A stretch of 64,000 bases of DNA from the human T2T-CHM13v2.0 reference genome, Homo sapiens, in NCBI RefSeq assembly GCF_009914755.1, contig NC_060927.1; one strand, 5' to 3'. The translations under genes and the position numbers were made by a program. Every line of letters begins with the position of its first letter. Within the stretch, counting starts at the first letter, position 1. Under the pieces are notes generated by a model that was given only the letters and a program-made list of their open reading frames with translations, was not told where the DNA came from and did no database searches. Below are positions 25,322-39,190 of this stretch, piece by piece.

Positions 25322-26375
25322 CATGCGCCTGTGTGTGTGCTCATACACAAATATGTGAAGGGGACGGGGGTGGTCTCTGCGCTTTCAACAGCCAGGGGCT
25401 GGGGAAAAGAAGGAGGAAGTTCCAGCTGCCTACCAGGCTCCATACACCTGCCATTTTATTCCATGCTCACATTGTACCTATGAGTCCATCTCCTACCATT
25501 CACTGAGGCTGCCATTGCAGATCTAGTTGCATGGTTATTGGAAAAATTTCTGTGTTCTGTGTGGCTGCAAGCTCCCTGAGGGCTGGGATGTCTGTCTATT
25601 CCCTGTTCGTCTCTGCTTGCACAGCACTCCCTTCCCCCAGTCTCCATGGGAGTTACTAAAAATTCTTTGTTGAATGCATACCTGAACCCCTTTTTACCAC
25701 CTTGCAGCTCTCTTGCAAGGATCCTCTGCGGAGGTAGAGGGAAGGAGTTGGGGCTGCCGTGTGTCCTTTGTGCAGTGGGACCAACTCTCGGCTGCTTGCA
25801 TTTACGTAATAGCAGCTTTGTTCTTGAGCTATTTCATAGTGTGGCTTTCAGGCTTAAAGAGTTCTGTGGGCTGTGGAGAATAACACAGGGAAATGACTGT
25901 ACGGTGGCGCTAGCCCTGTCCTGCTTGAAAGGTCTGTGGACTTGCCTTATCAAATACACATAAGGCACTGCTCAGAAAAGGCCTGGAAGCTGCTATTCCA
26001 TCTGTTAGTATATGTTGTATTTTGTTACCATGATGGAAGGACACTGTAAATATTTCAACTGAATATCTGATTAATGTCTCTCCAAAAAGCATGGAGGAGC
26101 TGTAAAAAGAGGGTTTATTTCCTTTTCAACATGATGGGTGTCTAATTTTTCCCAAATGTCAGTATATCCAAAGGTGCCAATCCAGACAGAAACAGAAACT
26201 GCCTGCAGGGCCAGGCAGTACCTGCCTCTTCTTCCTCACAGGAGGCTCAGACCTGGCCCCACCATCCGGACCCCCAGGAGGTGGCCCCACTGGTTGGTGG
26301 GAATGCCCTGAGGGTTTCCATACTGAAGCCTCTACAGGGAAGTGTTCCCTGGGAATATGGGATCTCTCTGTCAGG

Positions 26376-26500
26376 TTTTTTTTTTGAGACGGGGTCTTGT
26401 TATGTTGCTCAGGTTGGTCTCAAACTCTGGGTTCAAGAGATGTCCCACCTCAGTCTCCCCTGAGTAGCTGGGATTACAGGTGCACGCCACAGTACCTGGC
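26376..26500 (-). mobile_element. FLAM (free left Alu monomer)
   Basis: T10-GAGACGGGGTCTTGTTATGTTGCTCAGGTTGGTCTCAAACTC...GAGTAGCTGGGATTACAGGTGCACGCCAC; about 125 bp, single arm. Confidence 0.85.
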
Positions 26501-29500
26501 TCTATGCTAGGTTTCTTATGCATCTCATCCTTCCCAGGTTCCTGCAAGTCAAGCCAGCCCTTGCCAGAAATCCCTTCTATCTGCCTTCTTAGCCTCCCTT
26601 CTCCTTTTGCTCACTGTTTTTCTTACTCTCCCATCTGCTTGGGATGACTCCTACTTCATTCCCATCAGCTGGTTCTTGCCCCTCCCACTGTTGCTTTTAG
26701 GAGTCACTCTCCCGTCTCTGTCCCAAGAGGCAGGGGGAGATACTCCATTCTTCCCTCCTCACCACTGCCCACCCCTTTCCAGGAAACCTCAAGCATTTCC
26801 CTTTGCCTACACACAGGGCGAATCTCCCTGATGCTCCTTGTTGGGACAGGCACACCTGTTCCCCGCATACAGAAAAATTTTTCCAGTTCGTTTTTCCAGT
26901 CTTTTTCTCATAGGCTCAGCCAGAATAGGGTGCCAGTTATGACTTTGCTTCTTGTCCTTTCCTCAACTAAACCATGAATTTCTCTGAGGCACACATCAAT
27001 TTATATGCATTGTTGTATCCCCAACATGTGTTATTCCCTTGGTCTTTACAACAATGCAAAGAAGAAAGCAGATGAAATATCATTAGATGTGTAACATAAT
27101 TAGATTCTTAAAGATACTTTATCGATATCATATAGAATATACCATATCAGATTTTGACATAGCTAAAGAGACTAAAACTTGGAGTGATTTAAGTTATAGT
27201 AATAGCAATACCTCATGTTTCACAGTGTTTTATTTCACTCAGCCTCACCTTCTCCCCTCATAATCCTGCCTACTAGTTAGCTCTAGGCCCATCCTGCAGA
27301 TGAGGAGCACAGGTGGAGAGAGAGATGGAGAGAGACAGAGGGAGGGCAGAGGGACGGGGGAGGTTGTATGACACGAGCAAGGTCATATCTCTTCTAGGTA
27401 GTGAAGATGGGACTTGGGACCTGGTCTGCCCACACCAGCACTCTCTCCACCATGCGTGTGCCCTTCCCGGCGATCTCCCCTTGGGCACTGAGTACGTGCT
27501 CCCAGAGGGTGGTGGGCATGGGTCCCAGAGTCGTGTCCTCTGCAGGAATCCCCAGATCTCACAGCACCACACGCACTTCCAGCTGGGTTGGTCCCCGTGC
27601 CACTGTCTGAGAGCAGAAGTGATGGTAAATATTTAATTGTGCTTCCACCATAACTTTCTGCCAGAACTCTCAATATGCTTTATAAATGCAAATGAGTGCG
27701 CTCTTCCTCTCCAGGGAGATGTAAACCTGCTCAAATCACTTTTATTCAGCCCCCACTAGAGTGTAATGCCATCATCAGGAGCTCTCTGTGCCAGAAAAGA
27801 AACTGCCCTTCATCATATGGAGTGGATGGTTTATGGTTTTGTGGTCTTCTGTCTCCACAATGGGCAGATGTAAAGAAATGGATTTCTCTTGCTGCAAATT
27901 CTGTCCAACAGAGTGTGTGGAAAACATTATTTAGAAGCAGATTTAATTACAGCACTAGAGCAGGTGATCATGACTAATATGAAGTCTTGGGCTGTATTTA
28001 TGGGGTTAATAAAACAAATGAGTCCTTGGACGACAAAGAAGTAAGGTTGATTCTTTTATTTGATTCTGGACTCTGTTTTCCTCGCCACCATCCTCTGCCC
28101 GCTCCCTGCTCCTCCAACATGATCTTGCTGTTGGGGTGGGGGATGCATTATTCTGGGAGCTTTTGTGGCTTCTTGGCTTTATGAGTGAGGATCCCACTCC
28201 TGCCAGACCCCAGAGCTTCAGCAGAGCCCCTCAAAAGCCCAAGTCGGCCTTGTGGTCCATGTGCTGAGATTTGAGGCTGTTGGTGTCAGGGTGGGAAACT
28301 GTGTGACTTGAGAGAAAGCACTGCACCTTCCTGTACCCCGATTCCCAACTCCGCCACAAGGATTCAGTTGCCCCTGTTTCAGGCCCACCTGGCGGAGACA
28401 TTTTAATAATCATGGAGATGAGTTTCTACAGAGCCTCATGGAGTGTCTTCTGAGAAGTGTATTATGTAAATTTGGTGTGTCATGATGATCATTATTAGTG
28501 CTGTGAAGTGGAGATGGGGGGAGGGAGGGAGAGCTGCTCTAAGCAGGGACCAGCCTCCCCAGCTGTCAGAAGAATTGGAGACGAAAACAAACTTAAGAAG
28601 CCTGCTCCAATGCTTATGTTCCTTCAAATATGCATGGGGCACGACTCAATCCGAACACAAACTCACATGGGTAGGAAAATGCAGCTTTCTTTATTTGCTT
28701 TTACTCCTGTTCATTTCCAGTTTGAGCCCCTGTTTCGCTGGGGTAGCAGAAGTGCTATCTGGGTTACAGGTAGGCCCATCATGTTAAGCTGTGGAGGAAG
28801 GCACTCCCTGGCTCTGTTGGCTCCTGTCCACACAGGCACCTGCTGAGATACCCTGTACCCCACCTGAACCCTGCTTATATCCCATGCAGGTCACCACTGG
28901 GTGCTCCCAGGTCCCCCTCATTAGACCCACTCAGGCCCTTTGGCCCCCCTGCGGTTCCTGAGTGCCATGTTAGTCTGGTGGGGCCATTGGCCACTCCCTC
29001 ACCTCCCTAGGATGCTGAATATCCAAGCCCCTGTGTCCTGGACAGGCTCTCAGCATTTCTCTTGTGGAGTGGGTAGCTCTTTGGGATTGAGTGAGCAATG
29101 AGAGCATAGGAAGACCCTTTCTTCCACATAGCTCCCCATTTATCACTTCTGTTTTAATTCCCTTAGTCCTGCTCCTAGGATGGGTTTCTCCCCAAACCTT
29201 TGGTTTATGACAGGGTTCTTCTATTTCATAGTGGGCCCAAGATTTTGTGACTCTGCATTCACATCTCCTCCCTGACACGGTAAACAAGGAGTGGCTGTTC
29301 TCATGGTTATGGGAAGGGGAGGCAGTGGGAAGGACAAGGGGAGAAAAAAACCCAAACAATGCATCATTTATATTGTACCCTTCCCTGTTTGTTGAGTAGC
29401 TATGCAGCTGGGAGATGCTGTGTCTGTTCCCTTGATACATATCCTGGGAATGCAGGGGACTAGGACACCATCACCTGCCCATATAGCACCATTGTGTAAA

Positions 29501-29519
29501 TTTTTAAAAGTGTCCCTCT

Positions 29520-30520
29520 GCAACAATTGGATATCCACATCAAGAAAAAAGCACATTGATCCAATACCTTCCACCTTATGCAGAAATTAACTTGAACCAT
29601 AGACCTAGGTAGGAGAAAAAAATCTTTGTGACCTTGGGTTAGGCAAAGATTTTTCAGACACAGCACTAAACTGTAAAAGAAAACCAGATAATAAATTGGA
29701 CTTCATCAAAATTAAAAACTTCTGATTTTTGAAAGACACTGTTATGAAAATGAAAACATAAGACACAGACTGGGAGAAAATATTTGCAAAGCATATATCT
29801 GAAAAAGGAGTTGTATTCAGAATATATAAAGACCTCTCAAACTCAATAATAAGAAAATAATCCATTTAAAAAGGAGAAAAAGATTTGAATAGACACTTCA
29901 AAGAAGATTTATGGATGACAAATAAGTATGTGACAAGATGTTTAACACCATTTGCCAGCAAGGAAATGAAAATTAGGACCATAATGATATATCACTACAC
30001 ACTGATTAAAATGGCTAAAGTTAAAAACAAATGACCATGCCAAGTGTCAATGAAAATATGGAGGAACTGGAACTCCCACAGACTCTCACAATAATAGCCC
30101 CAAACTGGAAACAACAGGTGAATGAATAAACAAATGGTGGCACATCACACAAAAGAGTATTACTCAGCAATAAAAAGAAATTAGCTATTGGCATACACAA
30201 CAACATGAATAAGTCTTAATATAATTATGCTGAGTGAGAGAAGCAAGATTTTTTAAAAATGGCATATACTATATGGTTCCATTTATACGAAATGTGAGAA
30301 AATGCCATTTATTCTACAGTGACAGAAAGCAGATGAGTCATTACCTGGGACAGGGACATGGTGGGTTAGGAGCAGGAGGAAGAAAAGGATTACAAAGGGA
30401 CTAAATAAACTTTTGGGTATGATGAATATGTTTATTATGTTAATTTGTGGTGATGGTTTCACTGGTGTACATATATATCAAAATGTATCAAATCATACAT
30501 TTTAAATATGTGCAGTTTAT
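29520..30520 (+). mobile_element. Old L1M (L1MC/ME-type) ORF2 3' end and 3' UTR, about 1 kb
   Basis: AACAATTGGATATCCACAT, GATAATAAATTGGACTTCATCAAAATTAAAAACTTCTG, GACTGGGAGAAAATATTTGCAA, ATAGCCCCAAACTGGAAACAAC; ends TTTTAAATATGTGCAGTTTAT. Confidence 0.85.
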
Positions 30521-31268
30521 CCCTGACGGCTCCTAGGAGCTCACAGCAGCATCCAGGTGTCTGTCTTTCCTTTTCTGTGGCCAGAGGAAGGATGGTAACC
30601 AGCTGGCTGCTGTGGCCACCCTTGCCACTTCATCACCTGCATGGTAGGCTGCTGGGATGTGGGATGTGTGTTTGTGTTCTATGTGAAACCTTTGACAAAG
30701 CTATGTGAGCCCTTTGGAGTTGATGGGAAGTCACCCAAGGGTGTCAATATAGATGCCTGATGGGGAGGCAGAGGAGAATGTGTGGAGAGGAAGGAGGGCA
30801 GACAGATGAGGCCAGAGAAGCTGCATAATGGGGAGGAAGAAGGCAAAAAGAGGTGGCCTAGAAAGGCTTGAGGAAGGAATTAACTTTGGCTACTTGTTCA
30901 ACACGGCCCTGGCAGAATCTCTGGGAAGAATAATCTGGGAAGAAGCTGGGTCTTGGCGGTAAAGTAGTGGGTGCACAGATGACTTCATCCTACACAGGAG
31001 CCTTGGGGTCACCGGGGAGAGAGCACTGGACTTAGCATCAGACGTGAAGTCTGTATCCAACTTTGCCATAAGCTGCATAATCTTGGCGGGCTTCTTTTGC
31101 TATCTGAGCCTTGGGCTTCACAGAGAGACCTGGGCTTGAAGATGCACAAACCTCCTTGTAGTACTGTCATTTACTATCACAAACAACTTCGTGACCTTGA
31201 GGGCCACTGTATAGCAATCCTTCTGACTCATTGTTTTTGTTTATTCGTTTTTTCTTTTTAATCTACAG

Positions 31269-31333
31269 AAACGTTAATGGACACCAGAACGGCTACTGCA
31301 GAGCTGGGCTGGACGGCCAATCCTGCGTCCGGG
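31269..31333 (+). CDS. EPHB1: EPHB1 coding exon 2 (65 nt), start of the mature ephrin-binding domain: (E)TLMDTRTATAELGWTANPASG
   Basis: Long T-rich tract then CTACAG acceptor (AG 31267-31268) and GGG|GTGAGT donor (GT 31334-31335). The translation matches the recalled EphB1 N-terminus and joins in frame (phase 0) to [10 protein letters not shown] of the next exon. Too short to appear in the ORF track. Confidence 0.96.
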
Positions 31334-31789
31334 GTGAGTATCAAACCATTCGTCTTTCAGTCCTGCTATGAGGTCCTGGATCCATATGATATCTAGGGGA
31401 GTAGAGACTACCCAGAGCAGTACCTGTGGGGAATGGAATACAGGTGTGAATGGCTGTGTCCACTGCCCATCCATGCAAAGACAGCACCAGGGGTCTCAGA
31501 CCTGAGCTGCTGCCTCGTGTGCTGATGTAGACCATCTCTTGACACAGTCCTTTCTGAAAGCTGACACCTAGACAACTAGGGCCATCGCTGTGTGGGGATG
31601 GGGGCACGCAGGCTAGTGGCACTGAGGCAGATCAGAGATCTGTGATGCCCAAAGGGCTGCAGCAAAGGCAAAGACATGAGGGAGGAGGTAGAGTTCAGAA
31701 TGGCTAAGCTCTCTTTCACCTAGACCTTGCCTTGGAGAGACATTAATGATTTATTTGTCTAGTGTTCATGTAACTGGCCAGCTACAAAA

Positions 31790-32470
31790 ATAGATTATCC
31801 TTGAGGAGCTCGTGGCCTCCTGTGGGAACCAGTGTGTGGCACTGGAGATCAACAGGTAGGTGTGGGCACAGAGTTGGGAATGAGAAACCATGAGGTTAGA
31901 CAAGAAGCCTTTACAGACAAGGTGTGAGCAAGCTGGGTTTTAGAGCATGAGTAGGAGATTGACAGATGTTGTAAAGAGAGCCTGGAAAGACGTTCTAAGT
32001 AGGAGGAATGCCGGTTGAAAGGGATGATGAGATTATGAAAACACATAAGAGGGAAGAGTCTGTGTGTATGGAAGAGAGCATGGTGTGAATGCTGCTGAGA
32101 TGGGGCTGGAGGGTAAGTTGGAACCTGGAAGGGTGGCGATGGACTGTGACTGCCATGCTGAGCAGGGAACTTGGATTTTATCCTATAGGAAATGGAGAGA
32201 TCCTGAGCAGGAGAAGGAAATGGTCACACTTGTTGACAGGATTGTCGAGAACAGTTGAGAGAAAGGCATTTAAGAGGCTCTTTCAGCTGTCTTGGGTGTG
32301 ACAAAAGAATCAAGTTAAAATAGGATATGCAGAGGCTAGTTTGAGAGAAGTTAAGGAGGACAAATTGGCAATGGATGGACTATGGCAGGAATGAGAGAAA
32401 GAGAGAGGAGGTGGAGATGATGTTCATGTCCCTGGCTTGGGCAGTTGGCTAATTTCAGGGGTTAATCATG
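31790..32470 (-). mobile_element. L2 LINE fragments
   Basis: CCTTGAGGAGCTC..., GACTGCCATGCTGAGCAGGGAACTTGGATTTTATCCTATAGGAAATGGAGA, typical of antisense L2. Confidence 0.6.
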
Positions 32471-33959
32471 AAGGGAGAAGGCAAGAGGAGGTGGGAGTGC
32501 TCTCTTCATCCCAGCCAGTGGGTGATGTCTGGCTAGGACAGGGTGGCCCTGGGCCTCCTCCTCTGTCCCAGACCTTCTCTCTGCGTCCCATCCCTGTAAC
32601 CTCTATGCCCCATGAAGGATCTCCAGCATAGCACATCATCACCATGCCCTGGTTCTGCTGCAGGGGTGGTTCTAATCGGGACATTTGGGTCACAGGGCAG
32701 ACAGTTATCTCACCTGTGCATTCTCCACTGGTTTCTCACTGTTACTTTATCCCAGCATTTGAAGAACTGCACTGCTCGAGGCATAAGCATGATGCCTTGA
32801 AACAGGGAAGCAAGGTCCAAAATGAGCTGGCATTCCCTAAAGCAGGGAGCAGGGACAGGGGCAGAGCCAGACCACACTGAACAAGGCCAAGTCATGCCAG
32901 TAACACTGTGGGCAACCAGGAAAACCTTCCCACTTTTACTTGGGACTTTATGTAAAGCTGATGAGGCAGCAGTTCTTCCATATCACCTGGATATTAAGAA
33001 TTTGCCATCTTTTACAAATTATGTTATTGTTTGAAGGCTTGTGTGTTTTTACAAGGCCCCAACATAATTTATGGTTAATTTTTCCCTTGGTTTTTGTACA
33101 CAACACCTGTTTTCTTTATACTTCTGATATCCTTTCCCAAGGAAGATTCTCCTTGAGGGAAACATTCAAAGTCAAGGCATGCCCTTTAGAGACAGCAGCT
33201 GCCTGGGCTCTGCCTGTTTGCCCTCCCCACCTGCTACCAGCATGCTCAGCTGCCTTTCCCCAACACTCATTGTGAGGCAAGACACAGCCAGATCATTCTC
33301 CTGGTGCCTGGAGTAGCTTCTGAGTCTGTCTAGTTTACAGTGACGAGTGGGAGGGTCAACATGGCCTTTGGTCTGGGTGGAAAAGGAGGATCAAGGACTA
33401 TGCTTCCATCCCAGGCCTGCTTGTCTGTTTCCTCTGTGCTCTTCCAGGACAGTACCCTCCAATTCTGTGAACACACCAGTGACTCCCAAGTTAGTATATC
33501 TGGCTCAGACTCACATGTCTAGCTGCCACCTCTTTCACTGGATGCTCATGGGCATATCGGTCTCAACATGGCCAAGCAGATCTCACCCCTTTTCCTTTCC
33601 CCACGCACACACGTGCATTCTCTGTCCAAATCTTAGCACATTTATAAAGGCCAGAAACTGATTCTTGACTTCTCCTTTTATTATCTTCAGATCTCTGCTC
33701 GTGTCCATCCTCAGGGATACGCTCTCTGCATCCCAGCCATGTTGGATACCCCATCACAGGTCTTCTCAGTGCCAGGGAGCTTTACCAATAGCACAATACA
33801 CAGTCCCAAAGTTTATACCTCTCTGTGTTAGAATTGGATTCATTTCTAGCCCCCCTTCAGCCATATTATAACCTCCGGGGTGGCCAGGACTCTATGCATT
33901 TGTTCATCATTGGCAGCTTACACCTAGTTCACTACCTGACTCAATGTTTCACTATTGAA

Positions 33960-34490
33960 AGTTTCTGACTTGAGCAAGTGGGTGGATGATGGTGCCATCC
34001 TTGGAGTCAGAGGACACAGGAGGAGGAGTATGCTTGGGTGGGAAGAGGATGAGTCAATCTGGGACCTGTCAAGCTTGAAGCGTCTCTGAGGCACCCACGG
34101 GAAGGTGTGCCATCAGTATTCGACTTAGGGGCAATGGAATCAGAAGGCGGCCGCATGTCAGTGAGATGGGAGCCTGGGGCATGGCTGCAGTTTCCCAGGG
34201 GAGTGTCCAGAGAGGAAAGAGGTGAGAGCTTTGGATGGATAACCTGCACTGAAGTGCCAAATAGAACCTGACCAGGAGACTGGGAAAGAGTGGGCTGGGA
34301 GCAGGAGAAAACCAAGAGGAGGTCCAGTTTTAGAAGCCAGGGGAAGAGTGTGTCAGGGAGGAGGGCACAAAAGTGGCAAATGCTTCTGCGTGTTAAACAT
34401 TTCCACTGGGTTTAGCTGCAAGAACCCTATGGTTAAGTATACAGATGGTTTCAGAGGGGTCCAGCACAGGAAGCCAGAAAGCAGAGAGGT
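33960..34490 (-). mobile_element. L2 LINE fragment
   Basis: GTTTCTGACTTGAGCAAGTGGGTGGATGATGGTGCCAT...AGAAGCCAGGGGAAGAGTGTGTCAGGGAGGAGG. Confidence 0.65.
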
Positions 34491-37154
34491 GAAGAGTCAG
34501 TAGGAGGTGGGCAGTAGAGACAGCAGTTGGTAAGAGAAGGAGGACAGAGCTTGGTAGACGGAGGGAACAAGGGGCTGTGGGCACATTTGCCTTTCCCGGG
34601 GAAATGGCTCCTTTCCTGTTGAAATAGCAAGACAGAGATAAAGGCACCTACAGAGAGCTGAGAGTGCTCAGTTTTGACGTGACAGAGCCATGAAATAGAA
34701 AAATTCCTCTCAGCTGCATATCTTCTCTATGAGGTTGGAAGTGAGGTTTGGAGGGTGAGGCATGTGGAGTCCAGGTAGCAGGTGTTGAGAGGGCACAAAA
34801 GGAACTGCTACTGAGAGCTGCAGAGAGGCTGGGCATATTTCAGAGGAATATGGCAAGGAGTAAGAGCTGAATTGTGGCTGACAACTGTGCACGGGTGAGG
34901 ATCCTGATCTACAGGCCTCCTTCAGCTGCCTGACTGCCTGGAAGAGCTGTGGCATTGGGATCATCCAGAGTTCTGGTTGCACAGGAAAAAATGGCAGGAC
35001 TGAAGGGGCCAGGGGCTGAGGATGCTGGCACCTTATTTCATGACATATACCCCACAGGAAAGAGTGAGGCGAGGAGGGACTGGTGTGACCAGCCCAGGGG
35101 CCCCAGATGTAGGTCTCAGTGAGGCTAAAGAACAGATGTGATGGCATGGCTGGGACTGGAGGAAGACCTGGCACCTTGACTTCAGATTTAAGACACACAG
35201 AGGTCTTCCGGGTGAAGAGGCTCTGAGTGGTTCATGGTGTGAGCTGCTGGAGCAGAGGAGGATGAACTTCATGGCACTGAGGAGCTCAGGTGTTTGAGAA
35301 GCCAGGAGGCTTGGGAGAGCAGGGGTCCTCCTTTTTCTGAGACCTAGTATGGAGAAGATTTTGGAGAGAGAGATGGACTGTCAGCCCAAAAAGGAGGGAA
35401 AGTCCTCAGATTGTTTCTCTGCAGTCAGGATACCATGCATGGATGTTTAAGGCAGAGATTGTTCTGGAGGCCTCAAAGGAACTGGGTTTGCCCCATCCAG
35501 AGGAGGCACACAGTGCTGCCAGGGGCCCAGCTGGCATTGCAATGGGCCCCATCCACAGTGCATAGCCTGTGTGGCAGGCTTTCAGACCCAGAGAGAGGCC
35601 AAGGGACTCTTCCTTTTATGGGGCTAAGTGTGTGCCTTTGATGCTGTACTTGAGAACTACCAGATATAGGAAGGGGTTGGACCACTCACCTACACAAAGC
35701 CCACAAATCATTCTCAGTTTTATTGTTGAAAAGCAATATTACGTGTCAAAACCAGAAAGTACGCCCAGATTAAAAATGCTGCTTTATAATCTATTGCAGC
35801 ACCCTGCCTTTCATTGAAGGCCTTTAGGTTTAATCTAAATCAGGGGCTACCTGGTGAACAGAGGAAAAAGGTAACAAACACATTTACAAAGTAACAAATG
35901 CCAGGGAGAGGCTGAGCTCCCACTAACGGGCTATCCCAGGGACCCTCACCACAGGCCCTGGTGACCCTTTCTTTGGGCTGGCTTCTAGCCCTGGCCTGAA
36001 AGACTCCCTAACCTTTACATTTCTGGACCTCTAGGCAGTGGGGAGTTCAGAGAGGTCCTGTGGATAAACAGTCAGCGCTGTGCCCAACCATGGGCAGTGC
36101 TCTGTAAGTAGCAGTCTTTCTGGTTGCACCTCCAGGTCTGCTCCAGTTCCTAGATGCTCCCTGGCCTCCCTACTCTGTTCCTTCTTCCCGACACTCTGTC
36201 TCTCAGGTGTCAGTTTTGTTCTCAGCCCCACTGGGACGCTCCTGGATGCTCCTCCCACCATGGCTGGGGTGGGTGCCCCATTTTTTTAAGCCTGTGGGGC
36301 TTTGTACCAACCTCTAACATACTGTCCTTCACTCTGTAAGTTAAATAACTGTTGATGTGTCAGTCTCTTGCACTGGTCAGAGAATGAGCCAGCTCCCTCT
36401 TTGTGTCCCTGGTGCCCAGCACCAGCCTGGCATAGGACAGGATCAGATTAATGTTTTGTTGACTGAGTAAATGAATAACGATCATTCTTGATACCTGTCT
36501 GCATCTCCATCACAGGCCCCTGAACTTAGGAGACACTTAATTTAGGTTTACTGTAACCCAAATGCACTGTAACATGTTTGTTGTAGACCTCTTAACACCC
36601 AATTGGTTGTCAATATCTTTTTAAAGAGCATAATTAGTGATGCACATGGAGCCACTTCTCCTGAGATAAGCATAATAAAGGGGACCAGGACAGGCAGAAG
36701 AAAGTCCCTGTTGCTTTCAGCCCCTGGCTGTGATGGATTAGAAAGGCAAACCTAGTCCCTCTGATCAAGAGGCTTATTTAACTTGCTTGTTGGAAATCTC
36801 AGTCCACAGTTCTTTTACTTTTGAAGTGGTTGGCCAGGGCTCATGGCCATTTGTACTTGGGCCACCATTGGCCTCTGTGTGTGTAAGTTTCTGTGTTTGT
36901 GAGATGTGTGGCTTATGTGTAAACATCTACCTGAGTTCTTACTTTCAAAAAAGTGCTGCGAGGGCTTCCAGTCTCCTCCTCCTGTGCTGTCCTCTGGAAC
37001 CACCTTCAGGGCCTGTGATACGCTCTGTTGACTACTGTAACACTGGCAGATCTTCACCATAGGAAAGGGGATGCGATAGAGGAAAAACAGGAAGGAAGTC
37101 CGAAGCCAAGCCTCATGAACCTTCAGGATGAGTGAGCTGGGCTCATGTGTACTC

Positions 37155-37470
37155 CGTGTGTATGTATGTGTGCATATATGTCTCTTTAGAAATATAAGTA
37201 TGTGTGTGCATGTATATATGAGTGTATGTATATTTGTGTATGTACATATACATGTGTATATATGTCTGTATATATGTATATATGTGTGTCTATGTTTGTA
37301 CATATGTATATATGTGCTATGTGTCTGTATATATGCATACATGTACATATGTATATAGTGTATATATGTATATGTGTGTATATGTGTATCTGTATATATG
37401 TGTATGAATATATATGAATGTATATATGTATGTGTATATATATGTGTGTGTCTGCACACATATGCTTGTA

Positions 37471-37501
<31 letters not shown>

Positions 37502-37510
37502 GTATGTATG
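37155..37510. repeat. Low-complexity (TA/TG/CA)n alternating purine-pyrimidine tract ending in (TG)n
   Basis: Direct reading; it generates the spurious His/Ile/Tyr/Thr-rich and Val/Cys/Tyr-rich ORFs. Confidence 0.9.
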
Positions 37511-37939
37511 AAGTTAAATTAGCTGATCTCACCCTGTGCTTCAGTAAGCAGTTCTAGAGTTCTGGAAACACTTTCAATAACGGGAGGATTATTAGACTGA
37601 ATGGAGAGCTTCCAGAGCAGGCTTCTGTGAAGGGAACAACACGTATCTGAATGTCCATGTTTGGTAAACTAACTCCTGATACGAGCTACATGCCCATGAG
37701 TGCCGGTGCGCAGGCTGAATGCACAGCTGCTGCTTGGTTGTTTATGTGTGCGCTGTCTAGGCCACTTGGCAGCCCCTGGCTGTCTCCTCAGTCCCTGTCA
37801 GATCCCCCACCAGCTGCCCACCTCAAGTGACTCAGGAAAGCACACTCAGGAGAGAAACCCACTCTAATAACACCTCATCCATTCCAAAGCCGAACAAAAT
37901 CAATTACGATTTATCTGGTCTGATGGGTAAGACCTTTAT

Positions 37940-38100
37940 GGAGAAGCAGTTAAGGCCTCAGGTCCTGGCATCAAATAAACTGGCTATTTTTCTGGATCTG
38001 CACTCCCTGCCTGTGTGATCTTGGGTCTGTTATTTAGACTTCTTCAGTCTCAGTTTTCATTTCTGCTCAATGGGGTAAGGATAATAACTCTGTCATATAT
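37940..38100 (+). mobile_element. MIR SINE
   Basis: CTGTGTGATCTTGGG...TTCAGTCTCAGTTTTCATTTCTGCTCAATGGGGTAAGGATAATA. Confidence 0.6.
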
Positions 38101-38449
38101 GAAACAATATCAGTAAAAAGTTTTCCTTGGTAAACACTTAGGAAATGTTAGCACATCACTAACCCTCTGGAGGGCTGAATTTTCTGTTTTCTCCCTTTAA
38201 TGATTCAATCATGCTTATTAAGACAGAAAAGCCTGAGCTAGATTAGAAAAATCCAAGAGAAATTTAGCTCTGGGCAAAATGGTTTTGTGAATGGAATTTC
38301 ACCACATTTGAATTTCAGGACATGCCAGAGGCAGGAGGGCAGAAGAAGGTGGGGTTGGCCATGATTTCTCAGACAGGCACCACTGAATGGGGACTTGGGA
38401 GCTTTGGACCTGATCGCGGATTGCTGGAAGCTATTCTCATTCTATGCTT

Positions 38450-39020
38450 TAGTATCTGTCATGACTTTTTGGTGGCCAGTGACAGAAAAGCAAAACCCAC
38501 TCTTGAAGGATAGCTTGGCTCATGAAACTGAATGGTCCAGGGGCTGGTGTGGCTTCAAGTTTGGGTGGTTATCAATCGATCCCTCCTCCCCACTCTCTTG
38601 TTTTATCTCTTTTCTCTCTGTCTTCCCATCCTTTTTTCTCCTCTCTCTACTCCCACAGTGTAGGTTTCATGCTGGAGTTCTTCTTGGTCCTAAGACGTCT
38701 GTCTGCAGCAGCCCCAGCCCCTATAGCCTTTTTCATCTGTATGCCCTGGAGAAGATCAGACATCTCCTCCTGGGTCCCCCAGTAAAAGCCCTGGAATTAG
38801 CTCTGAGTGGGCCTGGCTGGCTTGGCTTGAATCCCTCTCATGCTCACTCTGGACCATCCCCTGGGGAGGAAATTGACACTGAGGTACCGTGTCCATTCCT
38901 GTGTTGTGGAGAGCCTACTGGAAGGCCAGGGAGAAAGGCAGGAGAGAGTAACAGAGGGAATCAGGATATAGGGAATGGAAAGATGACTAGATGCTAGGTA
39001 GGAAAAAAAAAATCTATCAC
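38450..39020. mobile_element. Ancient MLT1-like (MaLR) LTR fragment
   Basis: TTTTGGTGGCCAGTGACAGAAAA...CCCACTC...TTGGCTCATGAAACTGAA...GGCTTCAAGTTTGGGTGG resembles old MLT1J/K-type termini. Confidence 0.4.
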
Positions 39021-39029
39021 TGTATGACA

Positions 39030-39190
39030 GACCCTAAGTGCCTTATAGCCAGGCACACATGAATCCTCACAGTAGCCCCATTTTACAGATGAGGAAACTA
39101 AAGCACGGAGCAGCTGGTAAATTGCCTAAGGTCTCATGGTGAAAAAGTGCCAATGCTGACCTTTAACCTCCTGGATGCTGGCTCTCTTGC
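39030..39190 (-). mobile_element. MIR SINE
   Basis: CCCCATTTTACAGATGAGGAAACTAAAGCACGGAG...AATTGCCTAAGGTCTCA. Confidence 0.75.

Noticed and set aside
36815-37459. 214-aa His/Ile/Tyr/Thr-rich ORF and overlapping ORFs
   Set aside because: Artefact of the (TA/TG)n tract.
38395-38997. 200-aa ORF with hydrophobic stretches
   Set aside because: Overlaps an old MaLR-like relic and a CT-rich tract, starts at a non-ATG codon, and has no splice or homology support.
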